From Tubiluchus corallicola (taxonomy: Eukaryota; Animalia; Priapulida): a stretch of 64,000 nucleotides of DNA. Positions 13,901-27,637 of the stretch are shown here, in pieces. The stretch is taken from contig JAQGDQ010000113.1 in the NCBI GenBank assembly GCA_030141605.1, forward strand, positions 124,001-188,000, written 5' to 3'. Under the pieces are notes generated by a model that was given only the letters and a program-made list of their open reading frames with translations, was not told where the DNA came from and did no database searches. Within the stretch, counting starts at the first letter, position 1; every line of letters starts with the position of its first letter. The position numbers and the translations under genes are program-made.

Positions 13901-16900
13901 CAGAAGAGTTAATGTGTAACAATCCTTTTTGTCATTTGTGCCTGTTTTTAGTTTTTTGTAGTTGTTATTTGGCCATCCATCAACTGCACTACAATCACTT
14001 GCCTATTCATGCATTCAGTGAGCAGTATTACAATTTTTCTGTGATCTTTGGCCTTGTATTGACCATTATTATATTGGCTCATGTTTCACCACAGCTGTTG
14101 TATGCATATTATTAGTTCTTTGATACCCGAAAGTGATGTATAAAGTTTAATAATAAATTCGTAAGTGTGTTTGTCTGTTGAATCTGAAAAAATTGGTTAA
14201 TTGTTTCTCTAATAATTGTATTTTGTTTCTTTGGTGTGCCTTGTCTTGTTATATGCATGTGCAATTATTTTTATTATTTTTACATCCTATATAATATAGC
14301 ATGCAAACTTTGAATGCTTAGATACTTTAACTAAATCAAATGTATTGTAGTCAGTAAGAATGAGCTAATTAATTGTTTGTTTTATCAATGTTTCCCAATC
14401 TGATTCACCTCAGGTTGGTAGAGTTAACACTACTTTGATTATTTAGGGACCAATTCTTGGCATCACATTTGGCAGTGTAATTAAAGATGTTACGTTAAGA
14501 AATAACAGCTTGAAAGCAGAAATTATTGGTCTTTGTATATGCGTTGTTGGCGGTAAGTTGTACTTTATCATTACGATGATTAAACGTGATACTTTCTGTT
14601 ATTCATGATTTTTTGTTGATGCAAAAAACCCTTTAACTTTAACAATGTCTTAAATTGTCAACAAGATTTTGAATTACGCTGAAAATCGGAAAAAAATGTG
14701 AAGAGAATTGGTGTGCATTGCTCAAATGCTTGACTTTTTCATTCAGGATTTGTGGTTGGGCTCATTCTTGGCCCTTTAAGTGACTACTGGAGTTCTTCGT
14801 CATGGCCGACTGATGAAATGTATAGCAGGTACATTCAAATTCACCTCAAGTTAGACAAACAATTTAAAAAAAACAATGTGTAAAAAAACAACAAAAAAAC
14901 AAATTTAAGAAAAACAACATATTGCATTATTCACTTGTTTGTGCTGAGATGTAGACTTCTTGCCTAAGTGACAGATGCAGTCCATAACTTAAAGAAAAAA
15001 TTTAATCTGCTGTTCTTGGGTGTATTAGTCTCATACTGGAACAGAATTCACTCTATAATTTAAGCAGGAAGCTCAACTTACATGCACTTAACTACACAAA
15101 CACTGAACTGATTATTTTGGAAGTTCAGGGTCCCAATGCTTCTTGACTCACAGTTATGCACACATGATAATGAGCATTCAATTGGCAACCATGTATTGCA
15201 ACAGTTTTGTTGGTGCAGTTTAGTTATAAACCAACTGCATTTTTGCAAAAATCTAATTTCTTGAAATTCCTTTACTGCTGAAATATCATTTGTTATGAGA
15301 GATAGACATAAAAATGGAGGAAAATATTCTTAACTTTTTTGTACTCGCTACTGTTGTGCTTTATGATACCCATGTTTCCAGCACTGTGCTTCCCCAACCC
15401 AAGAAAAAATCGGTTCATCCTTCTTTTGGGTAATTGTAGTTGAAGAATAAAAGAAGTAAATATTTGGATAAATATTAGACAAACAACAACTGTGGTTTTC
15501 TTTAAACCATTCTGGACAAAAAAATGTTCTCTTCAATTTGTAATTTGTAATTTATTGTCCACTTCAGTATAATTGCAATTTATATCATCACATTATAACT
15601 GTTATACATCAAATCAATTATAGCTACAATAGTTACTAACTACATAATAGTTCATCAACAGGAAATATATGCTGTATGGTGGTCAAGAAGCAAAGCTTGT
15701 GAGACCACCTTGAGTAGTGGAAAGAAAAAAGGATATATTCATGTACTGGATTAGTGGTAGCCAACTTGCCTTTTACTGTACAGCGAATCTGTTAGAAAAT
15801 TCCAAAGTAACTTACCTCAAACAGCAAAGAATGAGGAAAGAATAACCAATATAACACTTTTCAATGTCAGTTTCTTCTGTTTATGAAAATCTAACTCAGT
15901 AAAGGTGCTTCTTTAAAATTCCACAGAAAGAAGTTTGTCAAAGGCAGTGCAGTGGTCTGCTCCTCTTTGTCCGTGCCCCAGATAATGTTTTTGTGATAAC
16001 TTATTTCTGAATACTATATTTTAATCTTTAATTTCGTTAAAATTATGCTTATTTTTGGATAGCAAGGAAACACACTGCAAGAAAAAGCAATGGAGTTGTT
16101 TGTACTAATTTATAAGAAGTTTATATTTATGCCTTTTTTGTGTAGGGGTATGCTTCGTAGTTGGTACGTCGGGTTACTAATTGCTTTGCCTTCTGGAGCC
16201 GGAGTTGCGCTTTCTGTTTTAGGTGGAAACACCGGATCATTAGTGGGAGTGGCTATTTCAGCTTCTCTTTTACCTCCAGCTGTTAACTGTGTAAGCACAT
16301 TAGTTAATTTGTAATTTGATAAACTTGCTGGAATCTTATAACAAATGAGACAAAGATTTGCCATATTGCTTGTGGCTCTTTTCTTGTGTTCCTTGTGGCT
16401 CTTTTCCTTTTAATCAAAAGGAGGTGACTAAGATGGATAGAACTTGTTATACGACTACTAGGTTACAACTCATTAAAATTACTACAGAATGAAAAGAAAC
16501 TGCAAGGAAAATAGCTGTTGACTTACCTGAGTTTCATCCAAAAACATCTCATCAATGCAACATTAGATATCAAAAATACAGAGATATGGGAGGTTGCGGG
16601 TGACAAAGTAGTGTGGTCTAAAATGATTGCAGGGGTCTTGTCAGAGGACATGTGACTCTAGAGACGACGACGATGATGATGATTTCTTCTTTTTTAACTC
16701 ACCGGATTAGCTGCCGTATTCATCTGTACCAAGTGCAGGTTTTTATTTCAGAATTGTATCTGTCCAATACCTACAATAGCAGTAATAGCAGTAGTGGCCA
16801 CTTGTTTGATGACAATTCTCTTTAAATTTAACACAAAATTAAAACTAGGATCAGCGCACATCATGACATGAAGTGTTTTTGCTTGTAGAACACATTTTGT

Positions 16901-19875
16901 TTCATTTGATCTTGTTTCAATTATAAATCTGCCTTTATTACTGAGTTTATGTTATCGCCTGCTTTGTTTTGCTTAAGTACTTAATTAGGACATATCTAGT
17001 CTTAGTAACACTGCATAGAATGTTTGTGGCTTGCTTGGTTTCCCTGTGTATCGCATCGCTGTGTTCGACTTTTTCCACCAAATGCGAAGATCGCCCATAA
17101 CTCGTATGCTGCCCACACATCTGCTACAGCTTCACCCACATATCTTGTACCACTTTTTTATATTTAAAACCAGATCCAATTTTAAACCACAGCTCAAAGC
17201 AATTTAACCTATAAATTTTTGAAAGGGAACATACTATTTTCAAGAATGTTTTATGTAAAGGAATTATTACCATATTCGTGCAGCTAGTTCTTTGGTGTTA
17301 CATGCATTTCGCCATTCGCTGCTTAGATGGGCACTAGTGCCTGTATTGTGGAAACGTGTTGCACAAAAAACAGGTGCTGTGCCTCTCAGTTCAGAGGTGT
17401 TCAGTTGTAATGTAGTGCTCACATTCAAGAGCTTATCCTTGAGCACAACAATAAACTTGAAATTTGAATTTTAAAATTAAAATTAGTCTAGCTTTTGTAT
17501 TTCACACTAAATGTTGTACAGTAGCACTGCTTCAATTTTTGCTTGTATGAAATGTTGTTGCTGTTGAAAGTAAAGTTCAATTGTGATGTCTTCACTAGTT
17601 GGGCTTGGTTCTGCAGTTAATTAAGTTTTTAACCTATAGTTTAATTATCGGAAATGCTTTGGCATAATTATTGATGTTAAACTGCATACTTTTTATCGTA
17701 CTTCAAAATGGGCTAGGATATGAAAAATCATACTGTTTTCTGTAAATTACCGTGAATGGTAAAGCAACAAAGGCTTGTTTCTGAATTAAGAAACAAAGTT
17801 ATGTACATGATGTTCTTGGTCTTTTGCTGATAGGGATTTTTATGGGCATATGCACTCGTGAGAAAGCTGATGTCGATATCAAACCCATGTGCTATTGCAA
17901 TTGGACATTCAGAGGAAAACTCACAGGTAATTTTATTAATAAACATTATTTTGTTGAGACATGTAATAGTCACTATAAAGGTACTTAACAGTTTTAGGCC
18001 ATTTTCTGTGTTGGAGACTTGGGTAGGACTTTAAGTACGCCCTTCAAAAGTGTAATGTACTAAAGTGCAACGTCGTGTAAAAGCCTTCGTCAAGGCAAAT
18101 TGAGCTTCCATGATTAAATATGCAAAAAAAATTCATAATAAGCAGGCATGGAGAAACATAGCTTCACTTTTCTCAGAGTGTGCGATCTTGCCAAATTTAA
18201 TGTTTCTTTCCATTACTATTTATAAAATGTTTTAGATAACCGGGTGACTTTTTCTGATAACTGTCATTTAGTCTTGGTAGTCAGGTCTGGCAAGAACTGC
18301 CACTGTATTTTCTATTGTGAATGCACTGAGAATGAAGGAGTGAAGGATAGCTGACATTTTAAATGTGATTAAAGGTTTCATTACTAATTAGCAAATTTCT
18401 TAAATTAATTTGTTTCCAAGCATTAAATATTAAACTATTCTAATTTCATATATAATTCTTTTTTCATGACATCTTATTCATAATAAGATTTATAATAACT
18501 TTATAATTAGATAATGAATTAGGCAATATTTTACCTAGAAAGGTTTATTAAACAATAAAGAATATAAAAATTGCAAGTGGTAGTAAAATGGAAACATATA
18601 GATATTGGTCCTAGGATGCAGAACTGTCTAATCAGGCCCACGAATTTGCATAATAACAAGCAGTTATGAACTGCAAAAATACTCCTCCTCTTCTTCACAT
18701 TATTTTCAGAGCAACATTGTTTGAAACTGACAGTTTTTAGAATTTTCGGAGAAAATAATTCAACTTTTGGTTTTTATTGTTTCAGTTCTCACATTGTCCA
18801 GGAACAGGTTACACCATTCTCTATAGCAACAACCTAGCAGTGGAAGTCAGTATTTTAGGAGCTGTTAGCTTCATGCTCACCATCATCAACATCATGTGCA
18901 TTCTACTTATGGGCATATTTGTTTTGAAGATTAAAGAGGTGGCTCCTCATACTAGCACTGTGAATACAAATCGCTTTTGGAAGAACGATATCAAGGTCAG
19001 TTGTTATAGATTAAAATTTTGTAGCCCTTGAGGAAAGGATAAAGTACTTAGCTTGTTGAGTTTAGAAAACTGTAACAAAGTAATTTGCAAAAAAGCTGTC
19101 TATAAAACATAAAATTAATTTATGCTGCCACTGTATAGAAATTTTTGCCGACTTGTAACCGCCATTCACTTGAAAATTATGACATAACAGCTTGACTTTG
19201 TGACTTTTCGTAAATGCACTGTGGCTTTCATAAGCTGCTTAAACTAATTCATACTTTTGTAGCTTACCTAGTCTTCATGCAAGAATATGACAAAATTAGT
19301 TATCTAATGTTCTAAAAAAAAAACCTGTACTTTTGATGGAAATTACAACAGTGCAATGCTTTTCTTCAGTCGATGAACAGCGTCATTAGTGGAAATATTA
19401 TTGCTCAAAATTAGAGCACCCAAGAGCGAAATAATTGCGATTTTATAAGTGATTTCGCTAATTATACGAGGCACTTATCTCATCACATTTTTTTTTGATA
19501 AATTCTTCTAACATTTTTCTCAAATATTGAAATTAGCCTAATTTCCTATATACTTTGGGCACACTTTTTCAAAAGATATGAATTCCTTCTTGCTACCTGT
19601 TTCTTAGCAGTGTGATAATACATTGTGTCCGCAGTTGGCAATGTCAATGTGACCCAGACCTCTACCATGTTTATTTGCTTGTCTGTTCTTTGCAAATGAT
19701 AAATTGTTGTTTTGTAACTAATAAACTTTGTAATTCTAGATTGCTAGGGAGTACAATAAAACCATCAAACGTGGTAAAGAAGCCTCAACCTTAGGGAAGC
19801 GGTTCCGTGCAGAATGGAAGGTATGGTAAATAATGTCTCCCCCTCTCTTTCTCCCTCCTTCCCTCCCTCCCTCTT

Positions 19876-19917
<42 letters not shown>

Positions 19918-20022
19918 TCACTCTCTCACTCTCTCACTCTCTCTTACTCTCTCTCTCACTCTCTCTCACTCTCTCTCTCTCTCTCTCGTGTGTCTGTGTC
20001 TCTCTCTCTCTGTGTCTCTCTC

Positions 20023-20053
<31 letters not shown>

Positions 20054-23000
20054 TTCTCTGATCAGTACATTACTTATCAATAAGCTGTTCCACTGTTCCA
20101 ACGATTGATGATGATCTTAATAAGATCAAAGGTTAAGTGAACGAGACAGTGCATTTGCGTACACTGACAACACCTCACAGCCCATGGTATTGTAATAGTA
20201 ACAGTTTTTTAAAACTGTTACTATTACAATAGCATGGGCTGTGAGGTGTTAAAACAGTTAGCTAGAACTTTATCTAGTTTATTTTTTTGTTCCCAAGCAA
20301 GATCCTAGTAGTAAGTCACCTTATATACAGACTAATGCTTAATTAAGTAAGGACCACGTAAAACAGCTGAAGGTACTGAACTAATGCAGCAAACTGCCTT
20401 TGCTTTACCCACTTACTCACGTGACAGTTGTAGTTAAGAAGCATTGTTGGGGTACTCTTAACCTTTGACTTACAGCAACTGCGCATGCATATAGCGAAAC
20501 AGGCTTATTATTAATATCAATTTTTTGATGATGTATTAGGTGCTCTTCATTCTGTCTAATTAGTATTTTATAAAATTACAGAAATTGGTGTGCTAAGTGA
20601 ATATGATTAGGTTTACTCATATTGAAACCCACTGGAATCCAAGTTAACTAGATCTTTGTTAAGCAGATTTGACTGTATTTTGACTATAAACACACCACTT
20701 TATTACTTTACTAACTTACTCCTTTACCTCACTTAATTTTAGACATTATGTGTAGCTTATAATATGTTGCCTTAGCAGTTGTCTTCTGTTTTTATTTCAG
20801 GCTTTGAATAAGATAGAACCGAACTCAGAAAACAGTGTCAAATGGGAAGAGTACAGCAAAATACTAGAGGCAAGTTCCCAGTCAAAAATAAAAAATCCTT
20901 GTACATTTTTTTCAATTCATTTGATTTATTCTGCTTAATAGACAAATACTTAGGCATCACAAGTATATTTATAAATCAAATTTTCATTAATACAACAAAA
21001 TTAAAATACAGTTGTTAACTTCTATGTTAGACACCTAAGAAGCAAGCTTACATTAGACCACTAGAATTAGTAGAGAGGAAAAAATTAACAACATATTGCT
21101 GATAGTTACAGTGTGAGTTACAGTGGGCATTAGTAGTATTTCATAATTACAACATAAACTGATGTACGGTACGAAGTAATGAGTGGAGGAGTTTTCCAAT
21201 AGTTGATATGGCTGGTATTTTTTGGTGAGATAAAAGGAGATATACTGGGGTTATTTACTATTATTTTTATGTTTAACACTATATTTGCTAGGGTGGCATA
21301 TTTATTTGTAGATACTTATTGCTAGTTAGGTAAAAATAACAATTTTCACATATCTCATCCTATAAGTAGAAAAGTGGAATCAAAAGAGTAGGCAACTCCA
21401 AAGCTATACAACAAGCTATATGCTACTATTTTGCATCATAACAGCATTAAGTAATTAAATTAATATGTGCTTAAATTAATTCCAAAGTATAGTCATTTTA
21501 AAGTTGGGATTGTTTGCATCATGCATAATTTTTCGTTGATAGGTAGTGTATTGATAAATAAACACTAAACAATAAATAATAATTTAAGTTATCTTTGTAA
21601 CACTTTGATCCCAAGAACTTGTCAAACTAGTGAAAATAATTTTGTCGTATGGTGCTACTTTGTAAAAAAACGTGTTTAAATTACTTTTTTGTTTTAAAAA
21701 GCAATATGTTATCTAGCTTAATTGACTGGTGGTCTTTCCATGTGTAAATCATTGTAATTATCTATTGAAGGAATAACTAACATTCCAATTCTATTTCTAG
21801 GATGTAGAGAATGATGATGTCTACAACACTGTCATAGCATGGGCAGCTAGAAATCATAATGTGAGTTCTTAAAAGAAAAGTCATTCATACTTGTTAATTA
21901 CAGTAGTATGATTTCAAATTATTTTGAAAAATTGCTGTTTTCCATTTTTGTCTGTAGACTTGTAGGGTTGTCACAAAATTGTCTTAATGAAATTACTCAA
22001 TGCTAAGATGTTAAGAAAGTTGGACAACAGAATTTATTAATGGTAAATCAATAACAGTAGTAAGCTCATTCAGTGACATTGCCCTTGCTGACTAGTGCAT
22101 CCAGTGACATTGTCCATGCTGACTAGCTCATTCTGTGGCATTGTCCATGCTGACTAGCTGGTCCAGTGACATTGTCCATGATACCTACCTCATCTTGTGA
22201 CATTGTTCATACTGACTAGCTTGTCCAGTGACATTGTTCATGCTGACTAGCTGTGGCATTGTCCATGCTGCCTAGTTCATCCAGTGATATTGTCCATGAT
22301 GACTGCCTTGTCCAGTCACAGCGTCCATGCTGACTAGCTTGTCCAGTGACTTTGTCCATGATGACTAGGTCATCCAGTGACTTTGTCCAAGGTGACTAGC
22401 TCGTTCATTGATATTGCCCATGTTGGCTTGCACTTCCAGTGACATTGTCCATGCTGCCTAGATTGTTCAGTGACATTGTCCGTGATGACTACCTTGTCCT
22501 TGACATTGTCCATGGTGACCAACTTGTTCACTGACTATGTCCATGCTGACTAAGCTCATCCAGTTACTTTGTCCATGCTGCCTTGCTTGTACAGTAACAT
22601 TGTTCATGCTGATGAGCTTGTCCAGTGACTTTGTCTGTGCTGACTAGCTCGCCCACTGACTGTCCATGGTGACTAGCTTGTTCAGTGACTGTCCATGCTG
22701 ACTAAGCTCATCCAGTGACTTTGTCCATGCTGCCCTGCTTGTACAGTAACATTGTCCATGCTGACTAGGTCATCCAGTGACTTTGTCCATGGTGACTAGC
22801 TCGTTCATTGATATTGCTCATGTTGGCTAGCACTTTCAGTGACATCGTCCATGCTGATTAGCTTGTCCAGTGACTTTGTCCATGCTGACTAGCTTGCCCA
22901 CTGACTGTCTATGGTTACTAGCTTGTTCAGTGACCATGTCCATGCTGACTAAGCTCATCCGGTGACATTGTCCATGTAACTGATGATGTCACAGACGGTT

Positions 23001-23452
23001 GGCGCATATTTAAATTTAAAAATTTAGCTAATAATTCTTCGTATCATCTCTCTTTTCAGACCAGTTCGCTAGCAGCATCTGAAAAAGCTGCTTTGCTTCG
23101 AGTATTCTCCGTGGAAGAACCATCTAGTACAAACCTCCAATGTCAGGTGGCAGCAGGTGATAGAATGACAAAGCTGTCACGTCATTTTTCGTACTCCCCT
23201 CGCATTTTTCCAAGGGCGAAGTCGTTATTTCACAATCGGAAATTTCGCTTCAAGGAATCGCCTGCGGTCAATGTGATATTGCCTGGACAGCAGTCACCCG
23301 ATGAAGTCAGCATTTCACGTTTCATTGTGAAGAAAGTGGCTGATGAAGCTATTCCACCTGGTGAAGTCCCACCTGATGTCACCATACCACTTCTGCCCAT
23401 TCTGCCCGAAAACACTGCTGAAAGTACAACTAATGAGAGTAAAACTGTTTGA
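4978..23452 (+). CDS. DUF389 (TIGR00271/TIGR00341-like) domain multi-pass membrane protein, 16 coding exons, 778 aa
   Basis: Exons: 4978-5601, 6046-6123, 6905-6999, 8479-8562, 9651-9723, 12391-12458, 13588-13663, 14447-14552, 14747-14828, 16146-16290, 17834-17926, 18786-18995, 19740-19820, 20801-20869, 21801-21860, 23060-23452. All splice phases are compatible (2337 nt). Motifs: FLRSIKSRLTVAEVVE, TFDYIMLIILASLIAAAGLVENSAVVLVASMLVSPLMGPILG, WPTDEMYSRG, IALPSGAGVALSVLGGNTGSLVGVAISASLLPPAVNCG. Two introns use GC donors. Confidence 0.9.
9378..9432 (-). mobile_element. Degenerate 5S-rRNA-derived SINE-like fragment
   Basis: gtcacccatcc...aacca...tgcttaa resembles the reverse complement of the 5S internal control region. 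Similar weak fragments lie near 9843-9890 (+) and 52030-52090 (-). Confidence 0.3.
19846..20058. repeat. (CT)n/(CTCA) microsatellite
   Basis: Directly visible; lies in the intron following DUF389 exon 19740-19820. Confidence 0.95.
20169..20250. repeat. 82-nt near-perfect palindrome (40-bp arms, 2-nt spacer)
   Basis: aacacctcacagcccatggtattgtaatagtaacagtttt-tt-aaaactgttactattacaatagcatgggctgtgaggtgtt, with one G/G mismatch. Confidence 0.95.
22063..22977. repeat. 31-bp minisatellite, about 29 copies, with higher-order duplications
   Basis: Consensus close to GTGACATTGTCCATGCTGACTAGCTTGTCCA; units start at 22104, 22135 and 22166. Lies in the last DUF389 intron. Confidence 0.95.
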
Positions 23453-23577
23453 CGGCCATATTTACTTACTGCCACTGAAGTTGTGAGTTAGACAACCTTA
23501 ATTGTTAAATTGAGATATATTTGTGCTTTCTTTGCAGTACAGAAACTTGCGGAAATCTACATTCCAGCATTAAAAAC

Positions 23578-23583
23578 AATAAA
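23578..23583 (+). terminator. Candidate polyadenylation signal of the DUF389 gene
   Basis: AATAAA about 125 nt downstream of the TGA stop. Confidence 0.45.
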
Positions 23584-26500
23584 ATTCACACTAAAATACA
23601 ATGTTTTACATGACAAAGTAAATTAGATACATGTATTTTAGTTAGGATTTTAAAATGGTTTCCAAAAATCGAGTGACACCTATTTTATTAACTTATTGTG
23701 TGTTCTCTGGACAGATCTGTTGTGTGCTATTGTGAACAGATCTAAAAAAAATATTATCTCATACCTCGTATTGCAAACAACACTTTCTGTACACTGGTAA
23801 TAAATGTAAACTTTCACTATGTAACATTTATGGGTTACTTTACAATTCACTTGATGTACCCAAAATTTGTCATGAAATTGAGCACAGTAACAAAATTGCC
23901 TTAGATGTCCTTATCCCAACTCACTTCTCTTTTCTGGTTTACAGAAATCTATTAATATAGAACTTTTTTTGAACTTTATTTATTCTATTTCCATATACTT
24001 GTATAATATTAAATTAAATTTGACACAAGGCATGTTCCTCAGCAATATTTTTTTTGGTAACTCGTGTCTAGAATTAACCCTGTTAAAACTTCTTTGTCCA
24101 AATTGGCTTATCATAACTTTCAAAAAAGGATTAATTTGGTTTAAATTTGTTCATTGCTCAACGAAATGTAGATAATCAGTTGCTTAGCTCTATAGTCTCT
24201 CAAAAACAGTTCACACTCTTAATTTTAATGCCCGCATTAAAACATAGTAGTTGTTACTAAATACAAAGTTAACACTTATAGTAGCATACATGTAGAAGGG
24301 AAGGACTGCCTAATTCATACGTACATGGAAATTTATGTATGTATCTAAAGCATTTTTCTCCCTGAATTTACACAAATTATGCCAGACTACTCATCAGAGA
24401 CAGCCAAAAATAATTTTGGAATACACCAAGTAGGAGGCTTATTAAAATTACTTATTACAATTTACTTATTAAACTGTAGCTGCATGGAAACTATTAGTCA
24501 AGTCTGGTACAGTCTTGTATGAACAATATAAGGGAGATGTTCGAGTCCCGTGAATCAAATCTGTAATCCAAAAGCAAATATTATTATTATTATGATGATA
24601 GCTATATTAGCTGCTAGCCACAACTTTCTGGGTTAATACATGTACAGTAATAAAGGTAATATTTACCTTTCTGGCTGAATTCCACAAAAACTGTATTTAA
24701 CCTAGATTAGAAGTCACTGAATTACTGTGACTTTTTCTGCAATTTTCAAGCATTTTTGCAATGATAATAATTAATAAGGATGAATCAACCCTCGAACAAC
24801 ATTTATTACATTTTAATGTACAATTAAAAATATTGAATTCACAGTACAAAACATGTGCATAGAATGCTTTGCTTAAAAATGTAAAAGAAATTTAAATATT
24901 TCTTATCTCCCGCCAAAAATGCCGGCATATTTCAAAAAATGACGTAAGCTGGTGTATGCTGGGCAGCGTGAATGCTGTGAAGGCAAACTGTGGTGATGGT
25001 ACGTTTTGCAAAATTTTTAGTTTGCTTAGAAGTTCCATTATTGTAATACTGTGTTTAACTGTGTTTATCTAGAAATTAGTTATTCGATCAATTATGATCA
25101 CACCTTGAAATGTGCAAGTAATTAACATTAATTGTCTAAATAATTAATTTACAGATTTTTGTTGACTTTTAGATACGCATGTAAACTTGACCAGCACGTA
25201 GTAGATGGAGGGCTGGTTACTTAGATTTCTAGAGTTCGCTCCAGAAGTTAAAAAAGATGCTGAAGCACCTGGTGGGATAAGTGTTTATATTGCACGGAAA
25301 CTGGATGACGCCATTTTCCGTCTAAAATGAGCTGAAACTTTCTAATATTTTCCTCAAATATTAAAATGAGCTCGACTTCCTGAGAGACTTGGCTTTTGCT
25401 TTAATAAGACTATTGTAACCCACAAAACGTTTCAGTAAAGTCATACTAGTTATTAGAGCCTACAGTTTCTCACGCAAGCTTTAATTAAGATAGCTTATGG
25501 TTTTTGTACAAGTGTAATGATTTTATTTCCTATGATTCTCCGTGCGTCCTGTTCATTGTCAAAGAAACTGCAGTAAATTTCAGTTTTTTCATGTCGAACC
25601 TGACAGCAGAGGCAGTGCTACAAATGCGGAGGGCTGCTGCAGGACATGGCTGTTGCTAAATGTGCAGACTAAATTGCAGAAAAGATTAATTACTCATACC
25701 TATCGCCTATCGCGAACAAAATTTTGCTATGTTTGCACATAATTACAGTATTATAATTTTCAAAGGTCAAGTTTATTTCTTTTGATAAATGTTAGTATTT
25801 GCCTGAAACTTCACTCAGTTATGCAGTATAACGCTGGTCAGAGATGAAAATTGTACATATTTATTTTCTGGACACTGCTAATTAACTATAAGTCAGCGAC
25901 ATCGAACAATAGAATTTCTAACTACAGTAAACATAATTATGACTACAGAACCGTTTATGACGAAATCATAAACCGAAGATTCTACAATACGTTCTGCAAG
26001 TGTAATGTAATGTAATATAACGTCGTAAAGTAACGTAATGTAGTGCAATGTTATATTTTATATAACTTTAAAGTAACATAGCTACATTTCGTTTCGATGA
26101 AATTGAAACATGCCACCTTCGGATCCGCAAACCCCATGCATCTTGGATCTGGAGGTGTTAATATTATTGTCACTGATTTCGCTATTTCGCTTGATTACAT
26201 AGAAATTGCATTTCGTTTCATTGAAATCGCAGCTCGTCACAATTGGACCCGTAACCTTAGGTCAGAGGTCAACCAATCTCCAGCCAACCTATATTGGTCA
26301 ATTTGTCTCGTCGAGACCTTTCATTTGATGTACTACTAGCCACTATTCTTCAAGACGGAAAAACAGCTGTGACAATCCAAACATTTTCAGTTTTTGGCCC
26401 CTAGCAGAAATCTTTTTCACTATCCAAATGACCTGAATTTAGTCACACATAAGAATTTGCGCCCTGCTAGCCACACCAAAAAATGTGGCCATAACCCAAA

Positions 26501-27489
26501 AGTGTTGGAGTAAATAGAGCCTAACGAAAAACTGGTATATGTTTACTGTTAACCGCAGGTCATCGTTGAGTGTTTCGCTAACTGTATCCTTATACCTGGT
26601 ACCCACCCTGTAAATTTTACGATACCAGCTAGTTTACTTCTATTATTTACAAAACTCTGCTTTAACACTTTTGCCAATGTCGTGACTTGGCCACGCCTGC
26701 CTATCGAACAATACTTAATGCACATCTACCATTACGCGGCTACCCATATATGCAAAAACATAGACTGCTAGTGAAATACTGTAAGTGGAGTTAAGTAACA
26801 AAGCCATTCGCCCTAATTTTAATATTGTGGCTCCTAACTCGAAACTTTCCTAGACACCAATTTCCAAAAAAAAACACTTAATACGCAGGTACCCCCACAG
26901 GACCTAAATACCTGTGAAAAAATTTTGAATTTAACTCAAAGCTTTAATAGGAGTTGAGCGACAATCAAAAAAGTGACTGATGTCCAATGTGAAGTATCGC
27001 TCGAAAAACAAGCTGTTGGAAGAATAATCGCTCTGTATGTCTTACTCAATTGCTCCTAGAAATATAAGTGACGCTGAGGCTAAATTACAAGTATGCCTGA
27101 GTAATACTACAAGGGCAGTTGCTACGTCATATACATTGTAGTAATAACGTAAACTCATTACGTAATGTTGGCAGGAACGTATACACTATTTATGTACTGT
27201 TCTCCTATTGAGTGTGTCAGCATCTACTGATTGCACGCGGAACGAAGCTCTGTTTGTTGTGAAGGCAAGAAACTCCAAAACATAGTGTACGCAATAGATC
27301 GGGCCATGACATAGCATAGTATTTATTACATGTTCAGCATCCCGTCATAAGTATAAGGCCATCACGACAAAGGTGGTGAGCATATCAAGTTCTCCAATCA
27401 AGACATAAATCAGTTATAGTCTGCAGTAGGACGTTTTTTGTAGTTTATATAACACTTGAAATAAACTTTAAATAAATGAAATAAAATTG

Positions 27490-27637
27490 CTAAGGTGTAG
27501 CTTCGATGCTGGTAACTGGCACAATATCATCGCAACATTAGCAAGATTTGAGACACTTTTTTCGCATGAAGTCGTACTCGGTCTCGCAGTAACCACCTGT
27601 ACCCGCTGTGGACAAAATGCATTTCTGACAGTGCTTT
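27490..27637 (-). pseudogene. Pseudo-exon: decayed duplicate of the terminal ShKT exon 29500-29648
   Basis: Shares the TTTCAG acceptor, the RNAFC and GYCETEY.FMRK segments and the TAG position. It has Cys1->Ser, Trp->Arg, a 1-nt frameshift and an in-frame TAA after KSC. Confidence 0.85.

Noticed and set aside
16110-16364. Antisense ORFs over DUF389 exons (also 5305-5529 and 23230-23475)
   Set aside because: They are shadow ORFs opposite real coding exons, with no independent support.
19814-20108. SL-repeat ORFs (also at 45838-46136 and the start of 56239-56862)
   Set aside because: They are (CT)n/(GA)n microsatellite artefacts.
22063-22977. CRISPR-like array
   Set aside because: The units are contiguous 31-bp repeats without unique spacers, in a eukaryotic intron with no cas genes. 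It is a minisatellite.
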